A stretch of 64,000 nt of DNA from Candidatus Dadabacteria bacterium (GTDB lineage: Bacteria; Desulfobacterota_D; UBA1144; Nemesobacterales; CSP1-2): NCBI GenBank assembly GCA_963805855.1, contig CAWDVW010000002.1, forward strand, positions 64,001 through 128,000, given 5' to 3'. A model generated the notes under the pieces. It ran no database searches, was not told where the DNA came from, and worked only from the letters and a program-made list of their open reading frames with translations. Positions 30,287 through 42,727 of this stretch are shown here, piece by piece. The number at the start of each line of letters is the position of its first letter. The first letter of the stretch is position 1. The position numbers were made by a program, and so were the translations under genes.

Positions 30287-30643
30287 TACTATTTATATAT
30301 ATGCTGACAATTTCATCCTATGTCAAGAGCAATTTTTGAATTTTATCCCAATCTATCCTTTTTTTCGTTCGATAGCTTTGTAGGAAATTTGTCAGATGCC
30401 GGTTGAAACAACCTGGACGGGTTGTTCCAGAAAGTACCGACCTTCGGGATTTGTGATCGATCCACGATCTTACCGATGGGCGAGGTTTTCAAGCTAGTTT
30501 AATTCTCATACTATTTAGCGGATCCCCCATGAAAGCCCTCGGGATGACAAAGCACATCGACTGTAACCACGGTGCAAATAACATATCCACTTCTAGAAAC
30601 CACCACTATCAAAAAGAGCACCCATGATTACAAAGTGGACCGT

Positions 30644-33340
30644 TTAACTACTCCCCTCAGGCTTGACGATCGCGAGAGTATATTTGTCGAGATCTATGTA
30701 CTTATTAGCAACCCTTTTTACATCCTCTCTTGTCACGGAGAAAATCTGCTCAGGATATCTCTTATATTCATCCCATCCTACACCATAGATCTCATCAAAC
30801 GCCATTTTCCCAGACTGGGCAGAGTTTTGCTGCAGACCTATTTCAAAATTGCCGACAAGATAATTCTGCGCCCGCTTTAGCTCATCTTCGGTTATGCCTT
30901 CTTTTAATATACGCTCCAGCTGTTCCTTGATACCTGCTATTGCATCATCCTGCTTATCCGGGGCACTTCCGATATAGACGCCAAAAAATCCCGGCTCCAG
31001 ACCCGCGGTCAGAAACGACGTAACCGTATATGCCAGGCTCTTCTTATCCCTGAGTTCGGTAAACAGTCTGCCCCCTTGACCGGAGAGCACAGCATTCAAC
31101 ACTTCAATGGGATACTGATCTGGATCTTTCAGGCTCGGCGCACGAAAGCCCATGATCATATGGGTCTGGGCTTTTTCCTTCTGATCAACTACTTTGGTCC
31201 TTATGTCAAGAGGCGGAGCTTCAGGCTTTACATCAGGCGCCGATAATTGTCCCTTTTTCATCTTCCCGAAATGCTTCTCAACTTCCCTCAAGACTTCCTT
31301 TTCATTTACATCACCCACAATCGCAATAACCATATTTTCAGGACGTGCGTATTTTTCATAAAATGAAAGCAAATCCTCTCGATTTATCCTGTTAATTGTC
31401 TCCGGTGTGCCAAGGACATTAAATCTATAGGGATGAACTGTGTAGAGCGTACTGAGGAAGTAATTAATAGTAGTCCTTACGGGGTCATCCTGTTCACGAT
31501 TAATTTTTGAGATTATGTCTCTCCTTGCACGCTCGATTTCAACCGGGTTGAAAGAGGGACTCACAATAACATCGGCAAATATATCCATAGCCTGGGCGAA
31601 ATATCGACTAAGGGCTTCAACAGTCACGCCGAAGCTGTTTCTCCCGGAAAAACCGCTTACGTCACCCGCAATTGACTCGATTCCCCGCGCGATATCCTCT
31701 GCACTTCTCGATTGAGTTCCTCTCGTCAAGGTCTCCGACACAAAATTCGATACGCCGTTTGTGTTCTCATCCTCATATCTCACACCGCCAAGAAAAACCG
31801 CCCTGGCTGCAAACAGAGGCACTGAATGATTTTCTTTTACCAAGACTGTTATACCATTATCCAGAATGACTTTGCTAACCTTGTCGGATGGTTCGGTAGT
31901 CATAGGTGACAACTCTTGCGCAATAGCCACCGAAGCCTCATCTGCTACTTCTTCTATCTCGTTCTGATTCAGCACGACCTTACCGGTGGGGAATAAGATC
32001 CCTGCACTAAGATTTTGGTCATCAAAATATGTCTTAGCCACACGGATTATATCTTCCGGGCTCACCTGAGAAATCCTATCCAGGTATTCATCCTCGTATT
32101 TATAATCCCCTGCCTCAACCTCAAAGTACCCAAGCTTCTGCGCCTGGCCTTGCATAGTTTCCTTAGCGTAGATGGAATTGCTTTCTATATTTATTTTTGC
32201 CCTTGAAAGCTCTTCGAGGGACACAGGCTCATATTTCAGCCTGTATGTCTCCTTGATTATTTCCGACAAAGCTTCCTTACTCTTTTCGGGTTCTACGGTG
32301 CCACCGACCCCAAAAAGCCCCGGATGTTTCGGGGTAAAAGAATAAGCATATACATTAGTCACGAGTCCATTTTCCTCTTTAATCCTCCTATAGAGCCTCG
32401 AACTTTCTCCGCCACCTAAGATATTGGAAATAACATCAAGCACCGCTGAATCTTCGTGTCGGGCATCCGGAATATGGAAGGCGAGCGAGAAGTAACCCTC
32501 CTGGATATTCTTATCGAGCACAAAAGTCCTAATTTCTTTCTGCTCAGGCTCTTTAGAAATCACACACTCGGGTACGGGCCTTGCCTTAATCTTACCAAAT
32601 GTATCTTCGATTTGATTGGTTGCTTCCTCGGCGTTGAAATCTCCGACTAAAACAAGCACCATGTTGCTTGGCGAATACCACTTATCGTAAAAGTTAATGA
32701 CCCCTTCACGTGTGAAACTATTAACGCTTTGCTTAGTACCAATCACAGGTCGCTTATAAGGATGAACACTATATGATGTCGAAAAAACCTTCTCACTCAA
32801 TACTCTCGCCGGTGAATCCTCGCTCCGTCTTATTTCTTCCATCACAACCTCAAGCTCCTTGGTGAGCTCGTCGGGATCAAATGTAGCATTTTCCATCGCA
32901 TCAGACAGCACATCGAGAGCAGTGGGAAGAAACCTGCTTGCAATGGCAACAAAATAAACAGTCTCATCAAAGGAAGTAAAGGCGTTGATGTCTCCGCCAT
33001 CCCCCTCTATCACCCTTGCGATTTCCCCTACATCCCTACGCTTTGTTCCCTTAAAGACCATGTGCTCATGTACATGGGCGAGCCCGTACTCTCCCTCCTG
33101 TTCACAAGCGCTGCCGGTCTTTACCCATACATTCACAGCGACCACCGGTGCAGAGTGATTTTCTTCGAGAATCACCTTTAAGCCGTTTTTAAGTTGAATC
33201 TTCCGTGCCCCTGTAACTATTTCACCTAGCGAATCATTTTGAATAACCTGCGCTTCGTTTACATTTATACTCATACCATTCTCCGGATTAAAATTTAGAC
33301 CTATCATTATACCTGAGAGAATGATGAGGAAATATCTCAT
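30644..33340 (-). CDS. M16 family zinc protease (pitrilysin/PqqL-like)
   Basis: Inverted zinc motif HVHEH, NAFTSFDET, duplicated M16 N/C halves, hydrophobic N-terminus. Confidence 0.93.
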   Translation of the reverse strand: MRYFLIILSGIMIGLNFNPENGMSINVNEAQVIQNDSLGEIVTGARKIQLKNGLKVILEENHSAPVVAVNVWVKTGSACEQEGEYGLAHVHEHMVFKGTKRRDVGEIARVIEGDGGDINAFTSFDETVYFVAIASRFLPTALDVLSDAMENATFDPDELTKELEVVMEEIRRSEDSPARVLSEKVFSTSYSVHPYKRPVIGTKQSVNSFTREGVINFYDKWYSPSNMVLVLVGDFNAEEATNQIEDTFGKIKARPVPECVISKEPEQKEIRTFVLDKNIQEGYFSLAFHIPDARHEDSAVLDVISNILGGGESSRLYRRIKEENGLVTNVYAYSFTPKHPGLFGVGGTVEPEKSKEALSEIIKETYRLKYEPVSLEELSRAKINIESNSIYAKETMQGQAQKLGYFEVEAGDYKYEDEYLDRISQVSPEDIIRVAKTYFDDQNLSAGILFPTGKVVLNQNEIEEVADEASVAIAQELSPMTTEPSDKVSKVILDNGITVLVKENHSVPLFAARAVFLGGVRYEDENTNGVSNFVSETLTRGTQSRSAEDIARGIESIAGDVSGFSGRNSFGVTVEALSRYFAQAMDIFADVIVSPSFNPVEIERARRDIISKINREQDDPVRTTINYFLSTLYTVHPYRFNVLGTPETINRINREDLLSFYEKYARPENMVIAIVGDVNEKEVLREVEKHFGKMKKGQLSAPDVKPEAPPLDIRTKVVDQKEKAQTHMIMGFRAPSLKDPDQYPIEVLNAVLSGQGGRLFTELRDKKSLAYTVTSFLTAGLEPGFFGVYIGSAPDKQDDAIAGIKEQLERILKEGITEDELKRAQNYLVGNFEIGLQQNSAQSGKMAFDEIYGVGWDEYKRYPEQIFSVTREDVKRVANKYIDLDKYTLAIVKPEGSS

Positions 33341-33476
33341 AAGGAGCCTCCTTGCAGTATTACAGATATAGAATCGTGGGATTACAGTAACTTACAAATA
33401 TTACGGGCTGCTTAACTTAGCTTTAATAAGGTCAATTTTATACAACCTTCCTAAATAATAAACGATAAATATGTGT

Positions 33477-34277
33477 TTAATCCGCAGTAGCATCCTCTGA
33501 AATAGCCGACTTCCTACTCAGTTGCTTCGCAACATATAGAATCAGACCGGCGATACCATAAAGATAAACAATCAAGATAACCATTATTTCAGGATTAGTC
33601 ACAACAGCAGCTATGATGATTGAAGAGACCACTAGGGCATTAAAAGGACCTGCCAACAACCTGAACCTTGGATATTTCCAGTATGGAATGTTGCTAACCA
33701 TTAAAAGTCCCACAAATGGGGCAGCTATTAAATAGAACCAGGCCATAAATTGAGTGGGCGCAATCCTGAATTCCGAAAACAGCAAAATAGGTGAAAAGAT
33801 CAGACCGGCAGCCATCGGGCTGGGTAGCCCTGTAAACTTGTATTTTTCTAATTTTGTCGATTGAACATTAAACCTCGCTAATCTTAGTGCAGTGCATACC
33901 ATATAAAAAAGAACGGCCATAAGGCCAAGCTTGCTAGCATTCATCAGGGACCATGCATAAATTAAAACACCCGGAGCCACCCCAAAAGAAACCAAGTCTG
34001 ATAGAGAATCATATGAAAGACCAAAGTCGCTCTCGGATTTAAGCAATCTCGCCAGCTTACCATCAAACATATCAAGAACCACGGAAAAACCTATGAATGC
34101 CGCTGCCCACCAAAACTTGTTGTAAATAAACTCCTCTGAAAACTCCGGCGATCCCTGAATAGACACTATTTCGATAGAAGTCATTATAGAATATAGACCC
34201 AGGAACAGGCTTCCCGTTGTGAGAAGGTTTGGCAATATAGGTATGACTCTCTGTCCTCTGGTCTTCTTTTTCTTCAT
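33477..34277 (-). CDS. pssA: CDP-diacylglycerol-serine O-phosphatidyltransferase
   Basis: LPNLLT, DMFDGKLAR...DSLSD, RLARFN, FTGLPSP; ATG at 34277 overlaps the psd stop (ATGA). Confidence 0.93.
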   Translation of the reverse strand: MKKKKTRGQRVIPILPNLLTTGSLFLGLYSIMTSIEIVSIQGSPEFSEEFIYNKFWWAAAFIGFSVVLDMFDGKLARLLKSESDFGLSYDSLSDLVSFGVAPGVLIYAWSLMNASKLGLMAVLFYMVCTALRLARFNVQSTKLEKYKFTGLPSPMAAGLIFSPILLFSEFRIAPTQFMAWFYLIAAPFVGLLMVSNIPYWKYPRFRLLAGPFNALVVSSIIIAAVVTNPEIMVILIVYLYGIAGLILYVAKQLSRKSAISEDATAD

Positions 34278-34930
34278 TCTTCTCTCTCTTTCAACCATCC
34301 AATTATCGTTTCTCCACCCCTTACAAAATCCCCAACATTGCAAGTCACTTCACAATTGAGCGGCACATACGTATCGACCCGTGACCCGAATTTGATCATG
34401 CCAAACCTCTCACCCCTCCTAATTTGATTCCCGATAGCAAGATATGACACAATCCTGCGAGCCAGGAACCCCGCAATCTGAACGAGGACTATATTCTCTT
34501 TTTTCTTCAGACTGGATCAGCGTAGAAAGTCTTTCGTTCTGGCCCGAAGCAGCTTTCGAGTAAGCCAAACTAAATTTCCCTTTAATATATTTTGTGCCTA
34601 ATACAACCCCGTTCACGGGAGACCGGTTTATATGGCAATCCGTTATCGATAAAAAGATACCGATCCGTTTCATCTCTTTACCTAAAAATGTTTCTTCAAA
34701 GGCGGCCGATACATCGACAATCCTTCCATCCGCCGGGGCAACTAGTGCATGTGGATTCTGGGGCGTAGACCTATCGGGATCTCTAAAGAAGTATGTGATA
34801 AGCACAGTCATTACAAAGAGGATCACAGAAATTATCACAAATCCAAAAAGAGCCGTAAGCCAACACAGTATGCCAAAAACGGCTATGTAAGCGAGTCCTT
34901 CGGAAGCTATTTTTACCCTATTTACGCCCA

Positions 34931-34931
<1 letters not shown>
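34274..34931 (-). pseudogene. psd: Phosphatidylserine decarboxylase proenzyme, frameshifted as sequenced
   Basis: FFRDPDR and APADG in the first frame. After removing one A from the A6 run (T6 at 34499-34504 on +), the frame continues VQIAGFLARRIV...MIKFGSRVD to a TGA at 34274-76. Confidence 0.9.
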
Positions 34932-35950
<1,019 letters not shown>

Positions 35951-36448
35951 TCAACTCCTTGGTTTAGTGATTTGAGTTTCTCTTATCATAGCAACGGTAC
36001 CGGTCCTGGCAATCTCATTTATCCCCAATGGCGTTAAAAGGTCTATAAATGCAGTAACCTTGTCTTTATCACCCGTTAGCTCAAGTGTATATGACTTGGC
36101 ACCAACATCAACTACCTTTGCCCGAAAAATATCGGCAGTCCTGAGTATCTCTGCCCTTGTTTCGTGGGTTGCCTCCACCTTGACAAGCACCATCTCTCTT
36201 TCAACACGTGTTAGAGGAGTGAGGTCCCTCACCTTGATAACATTAACCATGTTGTTAAATCTCTTTATTATCTGTTCAATTATCCAATCATCGCCACTGG
36301 TGACAAGCGTGATACGGGAGGTATCGGGTTCCGTCGTTTCGGCAACGTTTAAGCTTTCGATATTGAAACCCCTTGCGCTAAATAATCCGGCTATTCTTGA
36401 AAGAACACCGGGCTCGTTATCGACAAGAATTGAAATAGTATGCCTCAC
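35951..36448 (-). CDS. ilvN: Acetolactate synthase small subunit
   Basis: ACT domain NEPGVLSRIAGLFSARGFNIESL; EIARTG. Confidence 0.96.
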   Translation of the reverse strand: MRHTISILVDNEPGVLSRIAGLFSARGFNIESLNVAETTEPDTSRITLVTSGDDWIIEQIIKRFNNMVNVIKVRDLTPLTRVEREMVLVKVEATHETRAEILRTADIFRAKVVDVGAKSYTLELTGDKDKVTAFIDLLTPLGINEIARTGTVAMIRETQITKPRS

Positions 36449-36536
36449 TGATTTTGAACCTCCGATACTTTACGAGGGAGTTGACCAAGGAATGAATATA
36501 AAGCTGGTGATTCCCCTTTCTAAGAATTGGATATCA

Positions 36537-38243
36537 TTACGCCATGTCGACAGGATCTAGAATCATCTCGTTCATTGCACCGCCCGGAGCTATCATCGGA
36601 TAAACCATCTCCTCACAGTCTACGACAACTTCGATAAGCACAACGCCTTCAGAAAAGATTCCTTCCCTGAGGGTGGCTTCTAACTCGTCGGGCCTTGTAG
36701 CCCTCAATCCCTTAGCACCAAACGACTCTGCAAGCTTCACGAAATCTGGAAGCACTTCGAAATAGGATCCTGAATAATTGCTATTAAAAAACAGCGTTTG
36801 CCATTGCCTTACCATTCCATGATGACGATTATTAAGTAGCACTATCTTTATATCCATCTTGTTTTCAACGGCTGTCGCGAGCTCCTGCATGTTCATTTGA
36901 AAGCTTCCATCCCCTGCCACACATATAACTAATTCATCGGGTTTTGCAAACTTCGCGCCCATGGCAGCCGGAAAACCGAATCCCATAGTACCGAGTCCGC
37001 CGGAGGTGATGTGGGTTCTGGGCTTTTTAAATTTGTAGAACTGAGCCACCCACATCTGATGTTGACCAACATCGCTGACAATGATTGCGTCGCCATTAGT
37101 AATCTTACACAGCGTATCTATCGTATATGTTGTTAAGATCTTATCCCCATTTTGATTATAGGTGAGTGGATGATTCTTGGCCCATTCATTGATTTGGCCC
37201 AGCCACTCTTTCCTATCGAATTTCACCTCGCCGGGCAAGAGATCCAAAAACTGCCTCAGTATATTTTTTGCATCTCCAACTATTGGACAATGAACCCTAA
37301 TATTCTTATCTATAGTCGATGGATCGATGTCGATATGAATAATTTTCGCATTTGGTGCGAATTTCCCGAAATTCCCTCCTGTTGCCCTGTCATCAAACCT
37401 CGCACCGATCGACAAAACCAAATCACACTCGTGCACTGCCATGTTAGCGGCATAAGAACCATGCATCCCCACCATACTGATAAAAAGAGGATCACCAGAG
37501 GGAAAGGCACCCAGTCCCATGAGTGTTAGAGTAACCGGAATTTGAAGCCTATGAGCCAGTTCTTTAAGCTCTTCAGTTGCTTCACCCCAAATCAAACCAC
37601 CGCCTCCAAAGATCAGTGGACGTTTAGCCGAGAGTAACATTTCAACGGCACGCTTAATCTGACCTGGATGACCCTTTATGGAAGGTTTATAACCCCTCAA
37701 ACTTATCTCATCTGGAATTACAAATTCGTCCTCACCGATTAGAACATCCTTTGGCATATCGACAAGAACGGGACTTGGTCTTCCTGTAGTAGCGATATAA
37801 AAAGCCTCCATCATTGCACGCGGCAGATCAGCGGTTTTCCTAACAAGATAGTTATGCTTAGTGCAGGGACGTGTGATCCCGATATGATCAGCTTCCTGAA
37901 ATGCATCGCTCCCAAGATAAGGGGTAGGTACCTGTCCGGTAAATACGACAACAGGTGAAGAATCCATCTGAGCTGTGGCAATCCCAGTAACAGTATTCGT
38001 CGCGGCAGGTCCCGAAGTGCAAAGCACAACCCCTGGCCTTCCAGATGCCCTTGCGTATCCGTCCGCCATGTGTGTTGCGCCCTGTTCATGCCTTGCCAGC
38101 ACATGTTTTATGCGACCATTTGTGTACTGAGGCATTATGTCATACACCTTGAGCACGTAACCTCCGGGCAGACCGAATATGACCTCGATCCCCTCATGCA
38201 ACAGGGTCTCAAAAAACATCTGCGCTCCCAACATTCTTGCCAT
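36537..38243 (-). CDS. ilvB: Acetolactate synthase large subunit
   Basis: RHEQGA, TSGP, DVGQHQMW, GDGSFQMN. Confidence 0.97.
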   Translation of the reverse strand: MARMLGAQMFFETLLHEGIEVIFGLPGGYVLKVYDIMPQYTNGRIKHVLARHEQGATHMADGYARASGRPGVVLCTSGPAATNTVTGIATAQMDSSPVVVFTGQVPTPYLGSDAFQEADHIGITRPCTKHNYLVRKTADLPRAMMEAFYIATTGRPSPVLVDMPKDVLIGEDEFVIPDEISLRGYKPSIKGHPGQIKRAVEMLLSAKRPLIFGGGGLIWGEATEELKELAHRLQIPVTLTLMGLGAFPSGDPLFISMVGMHGSYAANMAVHECDLVLSIGARFDDRATGGNFGKFAPNAKIIHIDIDPSTIDKNIRVHCPIVGDAKNILRQFLDLLPGEVKFDRKEWLGQINEWAKNHPLTYNQNGDKILTTYTIDTLCKITNGDAIIVSDVGQHQMWVAQFYKFKKPRTHITSGGLGTMGFGFPAAMGAKFAKPDELVICVAGDGSFQMNMQELATAVENKMDIKIVLLNNRHHGMVRQWQTLFFNSNYSGSYFEVLPDFVKLAESFGAKGLRATRPDELEATLREGIFSEGVVLIEVVVDCEEMVYPMIAPGGAMNEMILDPVDMA

Positions 38244-38277
38244 TCTATTTCTCCCTAACAGACTTTATAACAAATAA

Positions 38278-38490
38278 TTATTTTAGCTTACTTATCTTCA
38301 TCTCCATCTGATCTTTTAGCGATAACTTCATCTTTTTCAACTTCTTAATCTCTAATTCATCGTCAATGCTGATCGCATCCTTTTCTTGCAGTCCTTTAAC
38401 TATATCATCTAATTTCCTGTGTTCAAAATATAGTTTCTTAAATTCCTCATCTCCCTCCAGCAACTTTTCGACTATATTTGAATCCTTCAT
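38278..38490 (-). CDS. DUF465/YdcH family small protein
   Basis: F..L..EH..LD and LKKMKLSLKD. Confidence 0.85.
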   Translation of the reverse strand: MKDSNIVEKLLEGDEEFKKLYFEHRKLDDIVKGLQEKDAISIDDELEIKKLKKMKLSLKDQMEMKISKLK

Positions 38491-38494
38491 GCTT

Positions 38495-39178
38495 TCACCT
38501 CTCTTTTGATATTTCGGCGTCCGCCTTACTTAAATATTGAGGAGAGAACTGAGAAATCTCCCCTTTGTTGTCGCTACTCATTTTATTTATGGCAACTTGA
38601 GCACAATGAGATGCCTTTGGCAAATTAAAACTAGATGTGCAAAACATTGCATGATCTCCCAGAGACTTCTCGATAAGATCCCTATATAGCAACGCTCCAT
38701 TACCAACAAACATTGTCTCCTCACTTATCATCTCGATAAGTTCAACCGGATTAGTAAGACAATCTTCTTTAAGCCTTATGGGCTTATCGCCAGTAAATTT
38801 GAAAAAAGCCGCATAGACCTGTTTTCTTCTTGCATCAATGACAGTGCATATTGCATATGGCGTATGAAGTAGATTTCTCGATAAGACCTCGAGCGACGAA
38901 ACCCCAACAATAGGTATCCCAAGAGAAAATGCTATACCCTTAGCAGTTGAGATCCCAACCCTGAGCGAAGTGAATGAACCCGGACCACTCGAAACAGCTA
39001 TTCCCTCAATATCATTCCTCTTCATACCTGTTGCCCCTAGAAGCCAATCCACCATTGGCAGGAGCTTTTCGGAATGAGTTGGACCGACATTCAAAAAGAT
39101 CTCTCCAAGAATCGTATCGCCGTCTATTATAGCGACGCTCCCGGAATGGGTTGAAGTCTCAATACCTAAAACTCTCAT
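38495..39178 (-). CDS. tsaB: tRNA t6A biosynthesis protein TsaB
   Basis: LGIETS, HSEKL, GPGSFTSLRVG, DARR. Confidence 0.95.
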   Translation of the reverse strand: MRVLGIETSTHSGSVAIIDGDTILGEIFLNVGPTHSEKLLPMVDWLLGATGMKRNDIEGIAVSSGPGSFTSLRVGISTAKGIAFSLGIPIVGVSSLEVLSRNLLHTPYAICTVIDARRKQVYAAFFKFTGDKPIRLKEDCLTNPVELIEMISEETMFVGNGALLYRDLIEKSLGDHAMFCTSSFNLPKASHCAQVAINKMSSDNKGEISQFSPQYLSKADAEISKER

Positions 39179-39231
39179 CTATGACGAAGAATACAAATAA
39201 GCTTAACATAAATTAATATTTCTTTTTAGGT

Positions 39232-40362
39232 TTATTGGGCAGAACTCTTTTCCTGTTCAAGCCTGCTTAAGGAAGCGGAGCCCGATGTAACACCGCTGAT
39301 TCTGAGCGACAGATCGTCTTTATTTGTTGCCTGCCTCATAGCTTCATCATAGGTTATTAGATTCTTTTTATAAAGATCATACAAGCACTGATCAAAGGTT
39401 TGCATTCCATAATGTAAGTTACCCTCTTCAATAGCTGTCCTTATTTCATGTGTTTTTTCAGAATCAGCGATACACTCCCTTATTCTAGACGTTGCGATCA
39501 ATACCTCGGCGGCCGGAACCCTGCCCTTGTTATCAGCCATTAGCATCAATCTCTGTGAAATTACCGCCTTTAGAACCTGGGCAAGCTGATAGCGAATCTG
39601 GTTGTGCTGGTGAGCAGGAAATATAGCAAGAATACGGTTAATGGTTTCCTGTGCATCGAGTGTATGAAGGGTGGTTAGCACAAGGTGTCCTGTTTCGGCG
39701 GCTGCCATAGCTATCGCCATAGTCTCGAGATCGCGCATTTCTCCAACAAGAATCACGTCCGGATCTTCCCTGAGAGCAGACCTTAATGCATTTGAGAAAG
39801 AGAATGTATCAATCCCGATTTCACGCTGATTTATATAACTCTTCTTGTCTACCTGCAAATATTCTAGTGGATCCTCGATCGTGATTATATGCCTTGCTTT
39901 CGTAGAGTTAACGTAATCTATAATAGCGGCAAGGGTGGTTGATTTGCCGCTGCTGGTGGTTCCGGTGAGAATTACCAAGCCCCTTTCTTCTTCTGCAATC
40001 TTCTCTAGGACAGGGGGGAGGTTAAGCTCTTTAAAGCCCCTTATCTGGTATGGGATTGATCTAAGAGCGCAAGCTATATTCCCTCGTTCCTGAAAAACAT
40101 TTATACGGAACCTTGAAAGGTTTGGAATGCTATAAGCAAGATCCAATTCCTTGTCTCGCTCAAATCTCTCCCTTTGCTTATCGTTGAGAATGGAGTATAT
40201 CAGCTTCTGAAGTTCTTCATTTGAAAATTCGGGTGCATCTTTTACAAATATCAATCTTCCGTCAACCCTTAAAGCGGGCCTGCTCCCTGCCTTCAGATGA
40301 ACGTCCGAGGCACCAATGTTAAAGGCACCTGTAAGCAATTCATCAATTAATGATTCAGCCAT
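39232..40362 (-). CDS. pilT: PilT/PilU family ATPase
   Basis: ASDVHL, GKSTTLA, TIEDP, LREDPD, AETGHLV.TLH. Confidence 0.9.
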   Translation of the reverse strand: MAESLIDELLTGAFNIGASDVHLKAGSRPALRVDGRLIFVKDAPEFSNEELQKLIYSILNDKQRERFERDKELDLAYSIPNLSRFRINVFQERGNIACALRSIPYQIRGFKELNLPPVLEKIAEEERGLVILTGTTSSGKSTTLAAIIDYVNSTKARHIITIEDPLEYLQVDKKSYINQREIGIDTFSFSNALRSALREDPDVILVGEMRDLETMAIAMAAAETGHLVLTTLHTLDAQETINRILAIFPAHQHNQIRYQLAQVLKAVISQRLMLMADNKGRVPAAEVLIATSRIRECIADSEKTHEIRTAIEEGNLHYGMQTFDQCLYDLYKKNLITYDEAMRQATNKDDLSLRISGVTSGSASLSRLEQEKSSAQ

Positions 40363-41405
40363 TATTCCTCACTCAACCTGGTTTCGTTTTTTATACCATA
40401 ACTCGAGAGGATCTGTGATCTAATCTTTTCTGAAACCTCAGCATTCTCCTTTAAAAAAGCTCTGGCGTTCTCCCTCCCCTGACCCAGTCTATCATCATTG
40501 TAAGAAAACCAGGTACCACTCTTATCAATCACCTTTAATTTAGAACCGATATCCACTAGCTCACCTTCATGAGAAATACCACTTCCAAATAGTATATCAA
40601 ACTCGGCATCTCTGAAAGGGGGTGCTACCTTGTTTTTTACGACTTTAGCCCTCACTCTGTTTCCAGAAACCTCTTCCCCATCCTTTATAGAACCGATCCT
40701 TCTCACTTCTATTCTGACAGATGCATAGAATCTTAACGCCGTACCTCCGGTTGTTGTCTCGGGATTCATGTAAGACGGGACTCCGATTCTCATACGGGTC
40801 TGGTTAACAAATATGACTATCGTGTTTGATCTGCTAACATTAGCTGTGATTTTTCTCAAGGCTTGAGACATGAGTCTCGCCTGGAGTCCGACATGGGAAT
40901 CTCCCATCTCCCCCTCTATTTCAGCTCTCGGAGTAAGCGCTGCAACCGAATCAAGAACTATGAGATCCACTGCTCCACTCCTTATGAGCGTGTCAACTAT
41001 CTCGAGTGCCTGTTCTCCAAAATCCGGCTGGGATATTAGAAGATCATCTACTTTTACGCCCAGCTTTGCTGCGTAATGAGGGTCAAGAGCGTGTTCGGCA
41101 TCGACAAAAGCCGCGATGCCGCCGAGTTTTTGCGATTGCGCCAGGGCATGAAGAGCAAGAGTTGTCTTCCCTGAAGACTCTGGTCCAAATATTTCTACCA
41201 TTCGACCCCTTGGGAGACCTCCAACACCGAGAGCCAGATCCAATCCAATGGAACCAGTCGGGATTACAGATATCTCAGGAAGCGGTGAATCTGAACCTAA
41301 GCGCATTATGGAACCCCGACCGAACTGCTTCTCAATCGATGAGATGGCGAGCTCTATCGCTTTGTCCTTATTGTTCATTTCCTTTAGGGATGCTTCTTTA
41401 GCCAT
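40362..41405 (-). CDS. recA: Recombinase A
   Basis: [24 protein letters not shown]. Confidence 0.99.
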   Translation of the reverse strand: MAKEASLKEMNNKDKAIELAISSIEKQFGRGSIMRLGSDSPLPEISVIPTGSIGLDLALGVGGLPRGRMVEIFGPESSGKTTLALHALAQSQKLGGIAAFVDAEHALDPHYAAKLGVKVDDLLISQPDFGEQALEIVDTLIRSGAVDLIVLDSVAALTPRAEIEGEMGDSHVGLQARLMSQALRKITANVSRSNTIVIFVNQTRMRIGVPSYMNPETTTGGTALRFYASVRIEVRRIGSIKDGEEVSGNRVRAKVVKNKVAPPFRDAEFDILFGSGISHEGELVDIGSKLKVIDKSGTWFSYNDDRLGQGRENARAFLKENAEVSEKIRSQILSSYGIKNETRLSEE

Positions 41406-41422
41406 ATAAGATATACTTCGAA

Positions 41423-42664
41423 TTATACACCATTTGAAATAAATTTTCTAATCAAATCGAGTGCAGCTTCTGAAGATAAGATTTTTATTTCCTCCCTTGT
41501 TCCTCGAAATTGACACCTGTGAGAGAATGTCCCTCTGTTCTTACACGAGATCCCTATAAAAACAGTGCCGACCGGCTTTTCGGAAGAACCTCCGGTCGGC
41601 CCGGCAATTCCAGATATCCCTACTCCCAAATCCGTATTTGCAAGTTTCCTTACTCCCTCTGCCATCGATTGTACAACTTCGGCACTAACAGCTCCTTTGG
41701 ATTCAATCAATATGTTATCTACGCCAAGTACATCTACCTTAGACTCATTACTATAAGAGACTACACCCCTTTCAAAATACTCAGAGCTCCCTGGAACATT
41801 TGTAATTCTATGTGCTAAAAGTCCTCCAGTGCATGACTCAGCTATTGCAAGTGTAAGCCCTTTCTGTTTTAATATCTCCCCCACCACTTGCTCCAGCTCC
41901 TCTCCTTTTGTTGAAAAGACATAATCGCCAATCCGTCTCGAGACCTCTCTTTCAATCCAATCCAGAAGGTCACGAGCCACTTCATCTCTATCAGCTTGAG
42001 CCGAAATCCTCAAATGAATCTCGGGGAAATGAGATCTATAACCTATATAAATACCATCTCTAACAATTCCTTGAAGTTTTTCGGCAACCTCAGACTCTCT
42101 TAATCCAAACGTTTTTACCAGCATGGTTCTAATATTGGGCCGATCTATGCTTCTACTATCCAGCTCAGGTATTACGTACTTGTCGATCATGGACCTAAAC
42201 TCTTTAGGTACCCCGGGTAGAAAGAAAAATACACTACCGGACCTCTCGTATCGGAAACCGGGTGCCGTTCCCCAGAAATTTTTTAGAACCTCTGACCCGC
42301 GGGGCAAATATGCCTGCTTTTTATTGATTTCTGACAACTGTCTGCCACGCTCTCTAAAATTCTGTTCTAACATCTCCAGTGCAAGATGATTAAGCTCGAG
42401 TTCTACTCCAAAATATATCGACGCAGCCCCTGCGCTTAAATCGTCAGGGGTGGGACCTAGCCCACCTGAAACTATAATAGCTTGAGCCCTGTTTTCCGCA
42501 TTGCTGAAGGCCTGCATCAGATCTTCTTCGTCATCTCCAACAGTAGTATGGAACTTAAGATCCAAGCCCATGGCGGAAAGCCTATCGGCTGCCCACCGGA
42601 AATTTGTGTCCAGTGTCAGCCCGCTCATCAACTCATCACCTGTAGTAATAATCTCTATTTTCAT
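41423..42664 (-). CDS. cinA: Competence/damage-inducible protein CinA (MocF + PncC domains)
   Basis: [31 protein letters not shown]. Confidence 0.95.
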   Translation of the reverse strand: MKIEIITTGDELMSGLTLDTNFRWAADRLSAMGLDLKFHTTVGDDEEDLMQAFSNAENRAQAIIVSGGLGPTPDDLSAGAASIYFGVELELNHLALEMLEQNFRERGRQLSEINKKQAYLPRGSEVLKNFWGTAPGFRYERSGSVFFFLPGVPKEFRSMIDKYVIPELDSRSIDRPNIRTMLVKTFGLRESEVAEKLQGIVRDGIYIGYRSHFPEIHLRISAQADRDEVARDLLDWIEREVSRRIGDYVFSTKGEELEQVVGEILKQKGLTLAIAESCTGGLLAHRITNVPGSSEYFERGVVSYSNESKVDVLGVDNILIESKGAVSAEVVQSMAEGVRKLANTDLGVGISGIAGPTGGSSEKPVGTVFIGISCKNRGTFSHRCQFRGTREEIKILSSEAALDLIRKFISNGV

Positions 42665-42727
42665 CCAAATACACTTTAATGATTAAGTTAAGGCTAAATT
42701 CTTCACGTCGATATCATTACAGTTTAT

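Noticed and set aside
29753-30640. oriC or chromosomal dif in the long intergenic gap
   Set aside because: No clustered TTATCCACA boxes or 11-6-11 dif pattern found by eye.
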